DNA of 64,000 bases from Eledone cirrhosa (lineage: Eukaryota). The stretch covers positions 14,136,001 to 14,200,000 of the forward strand of contig OZ024754.1 in the NCBI GenBank assembly GCA_964016885.1. Reading direction: 5' to 3'. A program made the translations under genes and the position numbers. A model generated the notes under the pieces. The model had not been told where the DNA came from, searched no databases, and was given only the letters and a program-made list of their open reading frames with translations. How positions within the stretch are numbered: position 1 is the first letter of the stretch; every line of letters starts with the position of its first letter. Below are positions 37,501-51,159 of this stretch, one piece after another.

Positions 37501-40500
37501 CATTATCAACACCATCACCATCATTATCAACACCACCATCATCATTATCAACACTATCACTATCATTATCAACACTATCATCATCATTATCAACACCATC
37601 ACTATCATTATCAACACCATCACCATCACTATCATTATCAACACCATCACCATCATTAACAACACCATCACTATCATTATCAACACCATCATCATCATTA
37701 TCAACACCATCACCATCATTATCATCATAATCACTATCATTATCAACACTATCATTATCAACACCATCACCATCATTATCATCACCATCAATCATTATCA
37801 ACACCATCATTATCAACACCATCAGCATCATTATCATCACCATCACTATCATTATCAACACCATCACTATCATTATCAACACCATCACTATCATTATCAA
37901 CACCATCACTATCATTATCAACACCATCACTATCATTATCAACACCATCACCATCATTATCATCACCATCACTATCATTATCAACACCATCACTATCATT
38001 ATCAACACCATCACTATCATTATCATCACCATCACTATCATTATCAACACCATCACTATCATTATCAACACCATCACTATCAACACCATCACTATCATTA
38101 TCAACACCATCACTATCATTATCAACACCATCACTATCATTATCAACACCATCACTATCATTATCAACACCATCACTATCACTATCAACACCATCACTAT
38201 CATTATCATCACCATCACCATCATTATCAACACCATCATTATCAACACCATCACCATCATTATCAACACCATCACTATCATTATCATCACCATCACCATC
38301 ATTATCAACACCATCACCATCATTATCAACACCATCACTATCATCATTATCAACACCATCACCATCATTATCAACACCACCATCATCATTATCAACACCA
38401 TCACTATCATTATCAACACCATCATCATCATTATCAACACCATCACTATCATTATCAACACCATCACCATCACTATCATTATCAACACCATCACCATCAT
38501 TATCAACACCATCACTATCATTATCAACACCATCATCATCATTATCAACACCATCACCATCATTATCATCACCATCACTATCATTATCAACACCATCATC
38601 ATCATTATCAACACCATCACCATCATTATCATCACCATCACTATCATTATCAACACTATCATTATCAACACCATCACTATCATTATCAACACCATCACCA
38701 TCATTATCATCACCATCACTATCATTATCAACACCATCAGCATCATTATCAACACCATCACTATCATTATCAACACCATCACCATCATTATCATCACCAT
38801 CACTATCATTATCAACACCATCACTATCATTATCAACACCATCACCATCATTATCAACACCATCACCATCATTATCATCACCATCACTATCATTATCAAC
38901 ACCATCATTATCAACACCATCACCATCATTATCATCACTATCATTATCAACACCATCACTATCATTATCAACACCATCACTATCAACACCATCACTATCA
39001 TTATCAACACCATCACTATCATTATCAACACCATCACTATCATTATCAACACCATCACTATCACTATCAACACCATCACTATCATTATCATCACCATCAC
39101 CATCATTATCAACACCATCACTATCATCATTATCAACACCATCACCATCATTATCAACACCACCATCATCATTATCAACACCATCACTATCATTATCAAC
39201 ACCATCATCATCATTATCAACACCATCACTATCATTATCAACACCATCACTATCATTATCAACACCATCACCATCATTATCAACACCATCACCATCATTA
39301 TCAACACCATCACCATCATTATCATCACCATCACCATCATTATCATCACCATCACCATCATTATCAACACCATCACCATCATTATCAACACCACCATCAT
39401 CATTATCAACACCATCACTATCATTATCAACACCATCACCATCACTATCATTATCAACACCATCACTATCAACACCATCATCATCACTATCATTATCATC
39501 ACCATCACTATCACTATCAACACCATCACTATCATTATCAACACAATCACCATCATTATCAACACCATCACTATCATTATCAACACCAACACCATCATTA
39601 TCAACACCATCACTATCATTATCAACTCCATCACTATCATTATCAACACCATCATCATCATTATCAACACCATCACTATCAACACCATCATCATCACTAT
39701 CATTATCATCACCATCACTATCATTATCAACACCATCACTATCATTATCAACACCATCACCATCATTATCAACACCATCACTATCATCATTATCAACACC
39801 ATCACTATCATTATCAACACCATCACTATCATCATTATCAACACCATCACTATCATTATCAACACCATCACTATCACTATCAACACCATCACTATCATTA
39901 TCAACACCATCACTATCATCATTATCAACACCATCACTATCATTATCAACACCATCACTATCAACACCATCACTATCATCATTATCAACACCATCACTAT
40001 CATTATCATCACCATCACTATCACTATCAACACCATCACTATCATTATCAACACCATCACCATCATTATCAACACCATCACTATCATCATTATCAACACC
40101 ATCACTATCATTATCAACACCATCACCATCATTATCAACACCATCACTATCATCATTATCAACACCATCACTATCATTATCAACACCATCACCATCATTA
40201 TCAACACCAACACTATCATTATCAACACCATCACTATCATTATCAACACCATCACTATCATTATCAACACCATCACTATCATCATTATCAACACCATCAC
40301 TATCATTATCAACACCATCACCATCATTATCAACACCAACACTATCATTATCAACACCATCACTATCGTTATCAACACCATCACTATCGTTATCAACACC
40401 ATCACTATCATTATCAACACCATCACCATCATTATCAACACCAACACTATCATTATCAACACCATCACCATCATTATCAACACCATCACCATCATTATCA

Positions 40501-41030
40501 ACACCATCACCATCATTATCAACACCATCACCATCATTATCAACACCATCACCATCATTATCAACACCATCACTATCATTATCAACACCATCACCATCAT
40601 TATCAACACCATCACTATCATTATCAACGCCATCACTATCATTATCAACACCATCATCATCATTATCAACACCATCATCATCATTATCAACACCATCATC
40701 ATCATTATCAACACCATCACTATCATTATCAACACCATCACTATCATTATCAACACCATCACTATCATTATCAATACCATCACTATCAACACCATCACTA
40801 TCATTATCAACACCATCACTATCATTATCATCACCATCACTATCATTATCAACACCATCACTATCATTATCAACACCATCACTATCATTATCATCACCAT
40901 CACTATCACTATCAACACCATCACTATCATTATCAACACCATCATCACTATCATTATCAACACCATCACTATCATTACCATCACTATCATCATCACCATT
41001 GTGACCATCACTACCACCACCATCACATCA
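34580..41030. repeat. About 6.4-kb triplet-based satellite, consensus 21-mer ATCAACACCATCACTATCATT (DSCC1 intron 9)
   Basis: Continuous AnY triplets; one register shift near 37790; internal block duplications. Confidence 0.97.
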
Positions 41031-41673
41031 ACATCATTACCATCGTTAACTCTATCACTATCACCACTCCCATCATCATCACTACCGTCACCCCCACCAT
41101 CAGCTCTGCATTCCCTGCCCCTGTCTCTACCATACAACATTGCCCATCACACATGTCAATCTCAAACAGTATCTACCCAACACAGTATACTATATAAATT
41201 ATAGACCTTTGTATTATAGCTACAGTCTATTCCAGAGATTCTCCAGGGAAGTTTAGGGTATCTTTTTGTCACATGCTAAAAGGGTCGAGAGGACTCTTTA
41301 ATTGTGACAGGAAGAGCAACATCTGTGAAAAATCTGCCAAACAAAGGGTCAGGATGATTCCTTGATTGTGTCATGGGCCTGCAGCTATTGAAAACCTGTT
41401 AAATAAAGTGTCAAAAGGACTATTCAACTTGTGTCAAAGACATGACAACCCCCCCCCCCCCCCACACACACACACACACTAGTGTTGGTGCCAGAATAAA
41501 ATGTATTTGGTAGAGTGAGGGGTTGTATATCAAGCCCCTTGCCCACACAGAGGTCAAAGACTCCACTTCAGTTTTGATCAGTCTGTGATGACAGCTCCAA
41601 CCTTTGCTAGCAAGGAAAATAGACGGTATATAATGATGATGATGATTTCTCATGTTTTGTTTCCAATATGCAG

Positions 41674-41759
41674 GGCCTGGCTTTAGTGAGTAGGGAGTCA
41701 AAACCTGAGGTTATATGGTATTTTTCTGCAGAAGATTTACCTGAGGATTTAGAAGAACG
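41674..41759 (+). CDS. DSCC1: DSCC1 exon 10
   Basis: GLALVSRESKPEVIWYFSAEDLPEDLEER; GCAG acceptor and CG|GTGAGT donor. Confidence 0.94.
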
Positions 41760-41844
41760 GTGAGTTCAGTTTTATTCTTAAAATAGTTTATCCCCACTTT
41801 TTAGTTGTTAGAAGTTTCTTAGTCACTAAACCTTCAATTTATTA

Positions 41845-42022
41845 TATGAGGGTAGGCTGAAAAGTTCATAGACTGACTATGCAGGAGTGATGCTAGTGCT
41901 GTGAAATCTTGCATGCATTAATTTCAACTCTTCTTATTAATAACTACATTGTTTCTTTCCAGAGACTGTTGAAAAATAAACCTCATTTGGTCACCCTAAG
42001 AACTTTTCACCCGACCCTCACA
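41845..42022. mobile_element. Mariner-type MITE
   Basis: TATGAGGGTAGGCTGAAAAGTTC ... GAACTTTTCACCCGACCCTCAC imperfect TIRs. Confidence 0.7.
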
Positions 42023-42304
42023 GATATATTTTTTTACTGTTGTATGCTTCCATAAATTTTTTATGTCTTAGTATATTCTATTAATATTATTTTTATAACT
42101 TCACTCACTAATTGTAATAGAACTTTTAGTGTATAGTATATTGTGTATCAATGTATTTTAGTTTGTAAAATATCTATAGTTACTGAACAATGTATTTTTT
42201 TTTTTTATCACTTATAAATTTATAATTACATCTTTAGGTTTCCATAAATTTTAATGCTTCCCCTTCAATATTCGAATGTTATTGTATATATATGTATATA
42301 TGTG

Positions 42305-42625
42305 AAGGCACATGGCTTAGTGGTTAGAGCATTGGGCTTGCAATCAAAAGGTTGTGAGTTCAATTCTCGGACTGGGTGATGTGTTGTTTCCTTGAGCAAG
42401 ATACTTTATTTCACATTGCTCCAGTTTACTCAGCTGTAGAAATGAGATGATAGGACAGGGGTCCCTATCATTCCACTGCAAAGTGGTCGTGGAGGTGCCA
42501 CGGCAAAAAAGAACCCACCGCACACTGTAAAGTGGACGTGTAGGCGACCAGACACTGCCCATAACAGGACAACCCGTCTAACCCATGCTAGCGTAGAAGA
42601 ACGGACGTAAAACGGTGATGATGAT
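42305..42625 (+). mobile_element. Family-B SINE
   Basis: Same head as the 31518 copy; tail CCCATGCTAGCG...GGACGTAAAACGGTGATGATGAT. Confidence 0.8.
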
Positions 42626-42656
42626 ATATGTAACATTTAATATTGTTTCTCTGCAG

Positions 42657-42719
42657 ATTTTCTATATTATTTCGAGCCCGACCTAAATGGACCCTGGATG
42701 AGATCACACCATACTTAAA
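42657..42719 (+). CDS. DSCC1: DSCC1 exon 11
   Basis: FSILFRARPKWTLDEITPYL; CTGCAG acceptor and AA|GTAAGT donor. Confidence 0.94.
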
Positions 42720-43049
42720 GTAAGTAGCTGGATAGTATTCTTCGTTCCACTCTTGGAAAATATTATGTACTGGGTAATTGCTGGAGTTGTGCCAAAAGTA
42801 GAAACAATTATTATTATTACCGAGGTTGACTTTGCCTTTCATCCTTATGGGGTCGATAAAATAAAGTACCAGTAATGCACTGGGTAATTGCTGGCCTTGT
42901 GTCTAAAGTAGAAACAATTATTACTACTAGCAGAAGAACCACCCTTCGGACAGTTTTCTGCTAGCATATATAGTATGCTTATTGGTATTATACGCAAATA
43001 TATATGCATGTAGATATGATACGTAAATTGAAAAGTAAATCAATAATAT

Positions 43050-43612
43050 CTTCTTCGACCACTTATTTCCAGCGAGTCTGTCAGAAGCAAACATTTCTAA
43101 CTGATCCGGCTGGATCCCAAAGCATGACCAGCCAAGGTCATGGATGTTATCCAACTATCTTGTTCAGGGTCAACCTCTGGGTCTCCTGCCAGTTGGTTTT
43201 GCCTGTAAAATCTGTCCAGCAATTCTTTCCTGAGACATTCTAACCACATGTCCATAGTATCAGAGCTGTGATCTTTCAATTCGGAGAAGTAGCAGCTCTC
43301 TACCTGGAGTGACTCTCTGATCTCTGAGCTACGCACTTTATCAAGTAACATTACTCCCAAGACCCTTCAGAGGAATCCCACGTCAGCCTATTGTATTCAC
43401 GATCTTATTTTTTTGGTTATTACCCAAGATTCATGACCATAGGTAAGGGTTGACAGGAATATCGAATTGAAGATAGCAAGTTTGGATTTTACGCCTACCT
43501 CCCTTCTTCTGAATGCTGAAGCTGGCGAATTACTGCACCAGCTTTTGCAATTCTTACACTTAATTCAACTTCCTGCCTTCCATCACATGTGAACACGGCC
43601 TTGAGATACTTG
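43050..43612 (-). mobile_element. Degenerate RTE-like LINE 3' fragment
   Basis: Frameshifted DKVRSSEIRESLQVE...YYGHVVRM...KPTGRRPRGRP..RW.DNI; related remnants near 7440-7620 (+) and 15940-16150 (-). Confidence 0.7.
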
Positions 43613-43971
43613 CGCACACACACACACACGCACACGCACACTGTCCTATTACCACTCCAGAGCTGTTACTCGGGCAATCATCTGCTCAATTTTGGAACCG
43701 TTTGAGTTGTCCAGAATTGATGGGAAAAGACCTGACGACCTTACTTTGTGCCCTTTGTCAAGAGGCAGTTGCCTTGTCTGGGACATCAGTTAGTAACTCT
43801 TGCTTCTTCCCACATCCTGGATGCAGAGGTAAGGGTGAGAGCTACAGCATTCACAGCCAAACATACAAAATCCTAAAATACTGTGATCTAACTACATTTT
43901 CCAACGTTTGGGGAAGTTAGGCTACTGACTGCGAGATTCTTATCTTCATTGGTGATGCTTGTGAGGGCGCT

Positions 43972-44131
43972 TGGCTTTTCCAGCACCTCAGCCTCGCCAT
44001 TACCCGAGGTAACTGGTGATGCTCTTGAGGGCGCTTGGTTGTTCCATTACCTCAGCCTCGTCATCACCCGAAGTAACTGGTGGGGGCGCTTGGTTGTTCC
44101 ACTACCTCAGCCTCGCCATCACCCGAGGTAA
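43972..44131. repeat. Three-copy GC-rich tandem repeat of about 55-65 bp
   Basis: GGGCGCTTGGTTGTTCCA(T/C)TACCTCAGCCTCG(T/C)CATCACCCGAGGTAA. Confidence 0.8.
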
Positions 44132-44603
44132 TGCCAGTGTGCTGGCTTGCCTCTAACCACTAAGTTATGCACCTTCACACTATTCAAGTACTGGGAGTCA
44201 ATATAATTGACTTTCCTCTTCCCTAAATTGCTGGCCTTGTGCCAATGTTAGAATTTTTCCCACAGTTAATAAAATATTTGGGGTAGATGTAGTTGACAAG
44301 ACTCTGAATGCGGTGCTCCAGCCAGGCCACAGCCAAACTGGTGGAAGAATAAAAAGGTAGCAACTATTACCGTGTTTGTTAATTGCTCGAAAGAAACTGA
44401 CAAAAAATAATCTAATAGCCACTCATCATCATCATCACTGTTCTATGTCTGCTTTCTACATGTTGACATGGTTTGGATGGGTTGGCAAATTGTGAAACTA
44501 GACAGGTCAAGTTACCATATCTTGTCCATACGTTCTAGTATGGAATGGTTTCTAGGACTGGATCTTCTTCCTTAACACGAACCACACTTTACTATTATTC
44601 TAA

Positions 44604-44887
44604 GGGCGGTGAATTGGCAGTATCGGTAGAGGGTCGGACGCCATGCTTTCCAGCATAGTTACGTCCCTTTACGGACTGAGTTCAAATCCCGCTATGGTTA
44701 ACTTTACCTTTCATCCTTCCGGGGGTCAATAAAATAAAGTACCAGTAATGTACTGGGTATTTGTGCCAAAAGTAGAAACAATTATTTAGGTTAACTTTGC
44801 CTTTCATCCTTACAGGGTTAATAAAATAAAGTACCAGTAATGCACTGGGATAATTGCTGGCCTTGTGCCAAAAGTAGAAACAATTAT
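44604..44887 (+). mobile_element. Family-A SINE with a duplicated 3' half
   Basis: The core TTTCATCCTT...AATAAAGTACCAG occurs twice. Confidence 0.8.
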
Positions 44888-44942
44888 TCTATTTTATTTT
44901 ATGTTTTGTATTTTTTTTTTTTTCTATTTTGTGTCACTTTAG

Positions 44943-45051
44943 AGATCTGGAAACTGGGAAACTGGATGTGAGCGGTATGTTGTTGAAATATACACGGGCC
45001 TCTACACAAAATGCAGCAAAGATTTATTCATCACGAAAACCACTTTTGTGA
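44943..45051 (+). CDS. DSCC1: DSCC1 last exon (12)
   Basis: DLETGKLDVSGMLLKYTRASTQNAAKIYSSRKPLL*; total CDS 1203 nt = 400 aa. Confidence 0.93.
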
Positions 45052-45338
45052 TATTTGAACAGTGAAAGTTCAATGACAACACTAACAAGAAGATATGGAA
45101 TCTTTCAGAGACAAATAACAACAACCTAACATATATACATAACATACACACTGTTTAAACATTCTTGTATTTATATTTACACTGTACATCATATGCAGAT
45201 ACTACATACAAATAACATAGTATATATTTATATACATATATTACATGTTTAGACAACGATGATGATGATGATGATGTTGATTATGAATATTGTATACATA
45301 CAACACACAAATTGCCTAACCAATATAGTATATATATA

Positions 45339-45701
45339 TACGAGAGTAATCCCAAAAGTAAGGTCTCCAGAGTGATGGGGACGCAGAGAAACTGTTCGTA
45401 CGGCTGTTGGCAACACTGTTGTGATTGGTGCTTCCTTCACTCCCAAACAAGCATGCGCGTGCTTCGCTGGGATGCTCAATCTTGGCTTGGCAGCCATTGA
45501 GAATTTCGTGCAGTTATTATATACAAGGGCAATCCCAAAAGTAAGGTCTCCTTCCGAGGAAAACATGTGTAAAGATCAGCGGATCACTCTGGATGGCCTC
45601 TGCATTTTGGTTCCTGAGGTTTCCCGAAGCACCATCCACAGGATTTTAATGGAAAAGTTGCAATATCGGAAGGAGACCTTACTTTTGGGATTGCCCTCGT
45701 A
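45339..45701 (+). mobile_element. Internally deleted mariner element(s): two left TIRs, one right TIR and a transposase HTH remnant
   Basis: TACGAGAGTAATCCCAAAAGTAAGGTCTCC (45339), TACAAGGGCAATCCCAAAAGTAAGGTCTCC (45522), GGAGACCTTACTTTTGGGATTGCCCTCGTA (to 45701); peptide DQRITLDGL..VSRSTIHRILMEKLQYRK. Confidence 0.85.
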
Positions 45702-46177
45702 TAGATACACAGACACACAAATACTACATTCAAATTATTTTAAAATATTGTATATATACATCTGACATACAAATTAAATCACACCTCCCAATGTTACCGT
45801 ATTTCTAATGAAATATTTTGTATATTAATTAATAAAATTATGATTTTAGTAAATCCTTCCCAAATTCTTTATTAAGATAGTATTTGTAACATAATGTTTT
45901 TTATTATATAAAATTATTTTGAACCAGTTAGTATCAAAGAGTTAAACAATACTGCATACATACAGATTGTTTAAACACATCAGTATGAGTGGCCAGTTAT
46001 GGGTGAGAGAATTCTGGCCAGATATGACCAGTTTAACTGTTAAAGGGTTAATCATCAGGCTGTGGCCAAGCTGAGGCACCTTCAAGGAATTTAATCAATC
46101 ATATCAACACGTTTTTGTTTTTTGTCACACTACTAAGTTACAGGACATGAACATAGACACAAATCTAAACACACACA

Positions 46178-46212
<35 letters not shown>

Positions 46213-48210
46213 TTTATCCCAGGTTCAATCGGGAGTAAGTAAGGTACTCAATACATAGCAGGGTAGAAATATTTAATATAGAAACAGTTCTAGTCATGAC
46301 AAAAAGCACCCAGTACTCACTGTAAATGAGGAAGGGCATCCAGCTGTAGAAACCAAGCCAAAATCAGTTCTTTATGAGTATGACATGGTCACCTGACCTA
46401 GCATTGCTCACAAACCCCATGCCAGCATCGAAAAATGGATGTTAAACGGTGATGATGATATTTGTATACATACAGTGCGCATTTACAGTTTGTCTACCAA
46501 ATGTTATTAACAAGGCAATATTAGAAGACGCCCATGGTGCCAAAATTATGTGATTACAAAGTGAACTCCTTAACCATAAAATTGTGCCTGTTAATTATAA
46601 TAATATTTAGTAGTCCATATCCAGCCAGAATTCTCTCACATCTTTCCGTTCAAACCAGTTGTAACCAGTCACTCATACTTATGTTAAGGTATTGTTCTCA
46701 AAATAATTTCAAAATCTCAGATTTGATACTATGTGAGATAATTATGTAAGATAAAGCCTTTACCACAAAAATACAATAGTATATATATAGAGTAATGCAA
46801 ATGTTAAAGGGTTAATTTAATTTTTTTTAAATTTTATTTTCCAATTTAAAAAATAGTCATTTAAAAATCACAGTGAAAATGTAAAAAACATACATAAGTA
46901 TAATTAATTCTATCAGAGACACAAGGCCAAGCAGGATGGGAAAGTCAATTATATCAACCTCGGTATTTTACTGGTACTGGCCTTTCAACTGTCTGGAGTT
47001 TATAAAATAAATTTGACCTTGGTGAGATTTGTACTCAACATAAAGGGCCTTAACTAAATGCTGCAAAGCATTTTGTCCGAAACTCTGCCAATCCAGCACC
47101 CTTTGTATAACTATTAAAAAGAATTGTTTCTATGCAAAGAACTTAACCAGAAATTTGACAGAGGCTTAGTCAATTAAATTAACTCAACTGGTCTTTTATT
47201 TTATTGTACCTCCAGAATGATAAATGGTAAGTTGGTCTTGGCAGGATTTGATCTCAGAATGTAAAGCAATGGAATAAATGCCACATATTTTGTCCATCCT
47301 TCAGCCACTTAAAACTAAATAAAAGCAGTCAAATGGTGTGGTATGACATTCATACCATATTTAACAATATAAGCAAAGGAAAATAAATTGGGTTTACATG
47401 AGAATTGAAAATAGCTCATGAACCTGTCTTTCCAGGGTCTAACTAACCTCCAACTCTACATTACACACTAGATAGAGTTTTAGGGATGCCAACCTTACAC
47501 CCAGAAAGACTTATGCATTTTAAACGTAGTGGATCCCATCCCTCTCCAGGGAACACAGATGATGTTTTCTTGAGAGGGAGAGAGATAAAGAATTGACCCG
47601 TATTGAACTGGTAATTTATCGATCTCAAAAGAATGAAAGGCAAAGTTGACCTCAGTGGGATTTGAACTCATATTGCAGTGAATCAGAATAACAAGGTATT
47701 TTTAATCTGATGCCCCTAACAATTCTGCCAATTTGCTGCCCTCTACCCAGCACACAATAATAATAATATCTTTTGAGTTAGTGCACAGCCAATTTTTTTC
47801 ATATAGAAGAAATATATTTATTTTAGTTGATTTCAATATTTTATAAATACCAAAGGGACCATGTATGCAAATTCACCCCTACAGACATTTTAACTCAAAA
47901 TAGAGAGCCAATACTAAATATAACAATGACTTTTACTCTGTATACTGGAAGGAGCTTTTTTTTTATAGGGAGAAGGAAAATAATTAATTTAACCCCAATA
48001 TATTATTGTTATTTTTATGTTTTAAACCCTGGTAGGAAGCACCAATCTATATGTTGTCAAGTATCTTAGTTCAGTGTTCTATTTTCTATGAAAAACATGA
48101 GATAGCTAGAGGAAGGATCAAACCTACATCTGTATTTTCATTTTAAACATAGTTGAGTTCTTGAACTCCATAAACAACTTTGATAAAAAATGACAATTTT
48201 TTTTTGTAAT

Positions 48211-48482
48211 TTAAAAAGTTTTTGTTTCACAGTATTGTAATTTACCATTCCTACACCAGTCAAATTTCCAAACAGCGTCGTTTTCATGTTCTGTCACATA
48301 GATAATTTTTGAATGTGGTTGGAAATGAATATTACTTGGTTTTACAAACGGGCATTTGATTCTTTGTTGAGGATGTCCACCATTTGGACCGAAGACTTCT
48401 ATATGACCACAACCCCAATTAGCCACAAGTAGGTTATTTTCTTCATCAAAGTCCATACCATCTGCACCACCCTCATGATCTC
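48211..48482 (-). CDS. Diisopropyl-fluorophosphatase (DFPase)-like six-bladed beta-propeller, last exon
   Basis: DHEGGADGMDFDEENNLLVANWG...CPFVKPSNIHF...VTEHENDAVWKFDW.RNGKLQYCET closely matches the squid DFPase C-terminus as recalled. Confidence 0.95.
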
Positions 48483-48636
48483 CTGTTGATAGGGGAAAAG
48501 AAGAAAAGAAAGAATGTATTTGATGAGATATGATGATTCCAAGTGAACTCAACTAAATCTCTCCTCTATCATTTTAGGCCTATGCTAATCTATAAAATTA
48601 TTTAGACACAAGAGAGCCAGATTAAAAGCTTTAGAG

Positions 48637-48892
48637 CAGTCATGGGCAACCTGCGGCTCACGAATCTTTCTGAATGGCTCGCCTAAGTCACCCAAGTGAA
48701 ATCTTTGATTTTTTTTACCCAAACTTTTCAGTCATAATTTTTCTTTCTATCATTTTTACTATCGAGGAAAACAAGATGTACGAATTCTGAAGAAAAATCA
48801 AAACAACCTGAGTTACCTCCCCCTTTTTATTGTAGGCACAAATGTAAATTAGCCCTTGCAGCCCGCTTCTCAAAAATGGTTGCCCACGCCTG
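48637..48892. mobile_element. hAT-type MITE
   Basis: TIRs CAGTCATGGGCAACC / GGTTGCCCACGCCTG; near-identical 8-bp TSD CTTTAGAG / CTTTAAAG. Confidence 0.8.
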
Positions 48893-49008
48893 CTTTAAAG
48901 TATCATGTTCTAGCGGGTTTGATTGAAATCAGTCAGGTTTCATCAGGTAAAGTGGGATACAAAGAAAAGAAAAAAGAATGAAATACTACAAAAAAATAAT
49001 TATATTAC

Positions 49009-49222
49009 CTGGTATATAAGCCCAAATTTCCTTATTTGAAACACGTCCAGGACCATCAATATCATAGCACCAGAGAAGTTTTGTTGGCGTTTCTGCTACG
49101 ATCAGTTTCTGAGGTCGCCCATCATTCAAATGTAAGACTGCAATTCCATTGGGAAATTTTAGGCCAGTATCAATCTTAATCATTTGTTCATTTGTGTAGC
49201 AGTATACACTACCAAATGGTTC
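49009..49222 (-). CDS. DFPase-like exon
   Basis: EPFGSVYCYT...FPNGIAVLHLNDGRPQKLIVAETPTK...WAYIPG; TTACAG acceptor and G|GTAATA donor. Confidence 0.95.
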
Positions 49223-49989
49223 CTGTAAAATATATAGTTATAATGAATTGATCAGCTCAATTATTACTAGCTTAACTCTTTAGTATTTATATTACTCTAT
49301 ATTTACTATTGTATTTTCACAGTAAAGGCTGTACCTCACATAATCTATGAGATTTTGATATTATTTATTTTGAGAACAATACCTTAACATCGGTATGAGT
49401 GGCCAGTTACAAATGGGTTGAACAGAAAGAGGAGGCTATTGACCTCTCAGATGGACTAGGAGCTTGTATTTTGTATACATATGTTCCCGTGCTCATCCAA
49501 GTGTATTTTATTGTGGCACCAGCATTAGGGAGGTTGTTATGTCTTTGACACAGCTGAAAAGTGCTAATATTTGTTTGGCAGGCTTTCTACAGTTGAATGC
49601 CCTACAGAGTGTACTGGGTGTATTTATCAAGAGTAGTTGTCATGTGATTGACACAACTGAAGTCTCCTTCTGACTGAATTTATTTAGACATTTGCACAGC
49701 TTTGGTTGCATCTTGTACTCTTTTTGTACATATATGTTAATAAGCAGTAGCACTAACACAGCATGGTTCACAATGGTATATATGATATGTTTATGTATAA
49801 TAAACATATAAGAGTCTTGCTATGATCATGTCACAATTATTTCAGTAGCCATATGAGGAAACCAGGCATGTGTTTCTGGGTTTATGACCATCATCAGCGA
49901 CATTTACTCACTTGATACTGAGACAAGAATAAACTTATAGCTTTGTTTCTCAACCTGCTCATGTTTATAGAAGTAAATCTATTCCATAT

Positions 49990-50325
49990 TTCACCAGCAT
50001 AAATAAAGGGTCAGTCTGCCTCGTGGTCTTGGAGAAGACACTGGCGAGGAAGATGTGCTGGAACAGCCACTCCACCTCGCACGGCTCACACTTGCTGGTA
50101 GCCAACTCCACTCTTATAGCAGTGAGCAGGAATGTGGTCCAGGAGCCAAGAATGCCAGAAGTCTCCACAGTTACAGGCTCACCCACAAACCTATCAGAGA
50201 ATGGCCAATACTTTGACAGTTTACCCTCTTTGGTATGGCAGGCAGTGAAGCCTGGGCCGGTAGCTGAACGCACTAGGTTGCTGCTAGAGAAGGTGTTGCA
50301 ACATGTGGATATGATCATTTGCATA
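49990..50325 (-). mobile_element. CRE-clade retrotransposon restriction-like endonuclease remnant
   Basis: TCCNTF...K..KY...P.TVETSG.LG...FL...EP.E..WLFQ.I.LA pattern. Confidence 0.65.
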
Positions 50326-50774
50326 TAGTGTGAACTTGACTGATTAGGATTAATAAACAGTCCATGTGATTACAAGTAAAGTTTGTTAACCACACAGCTA
50401 TCCCTGCACATATTGTTGCAGTAGAAATACAGTGAATCCTCAGCATTCGAAGGATTTTCTTCAGAACCTAATTAATAATTGTTTCGGGAAACCATTGCAT
50501 ATTTGCAGAATCTTAAATATCTTCTGCGATTTTCTAATGGCTTTTTCGTGGCAATATATATATTTTCATGCTTTTTAATGCTAAATTATTAATAACAATA
50601 TACCGTATTTGCTGGCCTATATCTTTCGTTATGTTTTGATATTTATTGGCATTTTTTATAGAGTACGTACAATAGTCAGGGTTTTTCACTCTTCGCGGGT
50701 GCTCTTTAGGAACGTAACCCTGCAAATACCGAGGGACAACTGTATATTAAAGTTTGTAAGTCTGAGAAGCTTAC

Positions 50775-50906
50775 CTCCATTGATCTTCGTAATGCTGCTG
50801 GTGCAATATCTCCAGCTGGAGCTGTAATCCAGAGATTTCCTTGATAATCAAAAGCGCAGTCATTGCAACCTTGGATACACTGGCCTTCAGAATCTTGCTT
50901 TGCAAC
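50775..50906 (-). CDS. DFPase-like exon
   Basis: VAKQDSEGQCIQGCNDCAFDYQGNLWITAPAGDIAPAALRRSME (absent from the ORF track); TATAG acceptor and GAG|GTAAGC donor. Confidence 0.95.
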
Positions 50907-51159
50907 CTATAATATAATGTCACACTAAAGATACAGTCTACAAAGGCTGACAGTGTTGACAGATGATTCTCTCAGGGTCATTGACCTTATCATAAACACC
51001 ACAACCACTACCACCACCAAGATGACATCTATAACACAACTATTAATACAATATTACAAACACCACTACTCCAACAACCAACACCACAACTACCACCACC
51101 ACCACCACCATGACATCTGTAATACAACTATTGATACAATATTAAAGACACTACTGCCC

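Noticed and set aside
34493-41197. ORFs of 1097-2215 aa on both strands (poly-I/T, H/Y/Q, D/N/G/V)
   Set aside because: They are by-products of a stop-free triplet satellite, open in several frames at once, and lie in a canonical DSCC1 intron between in-phase exons.
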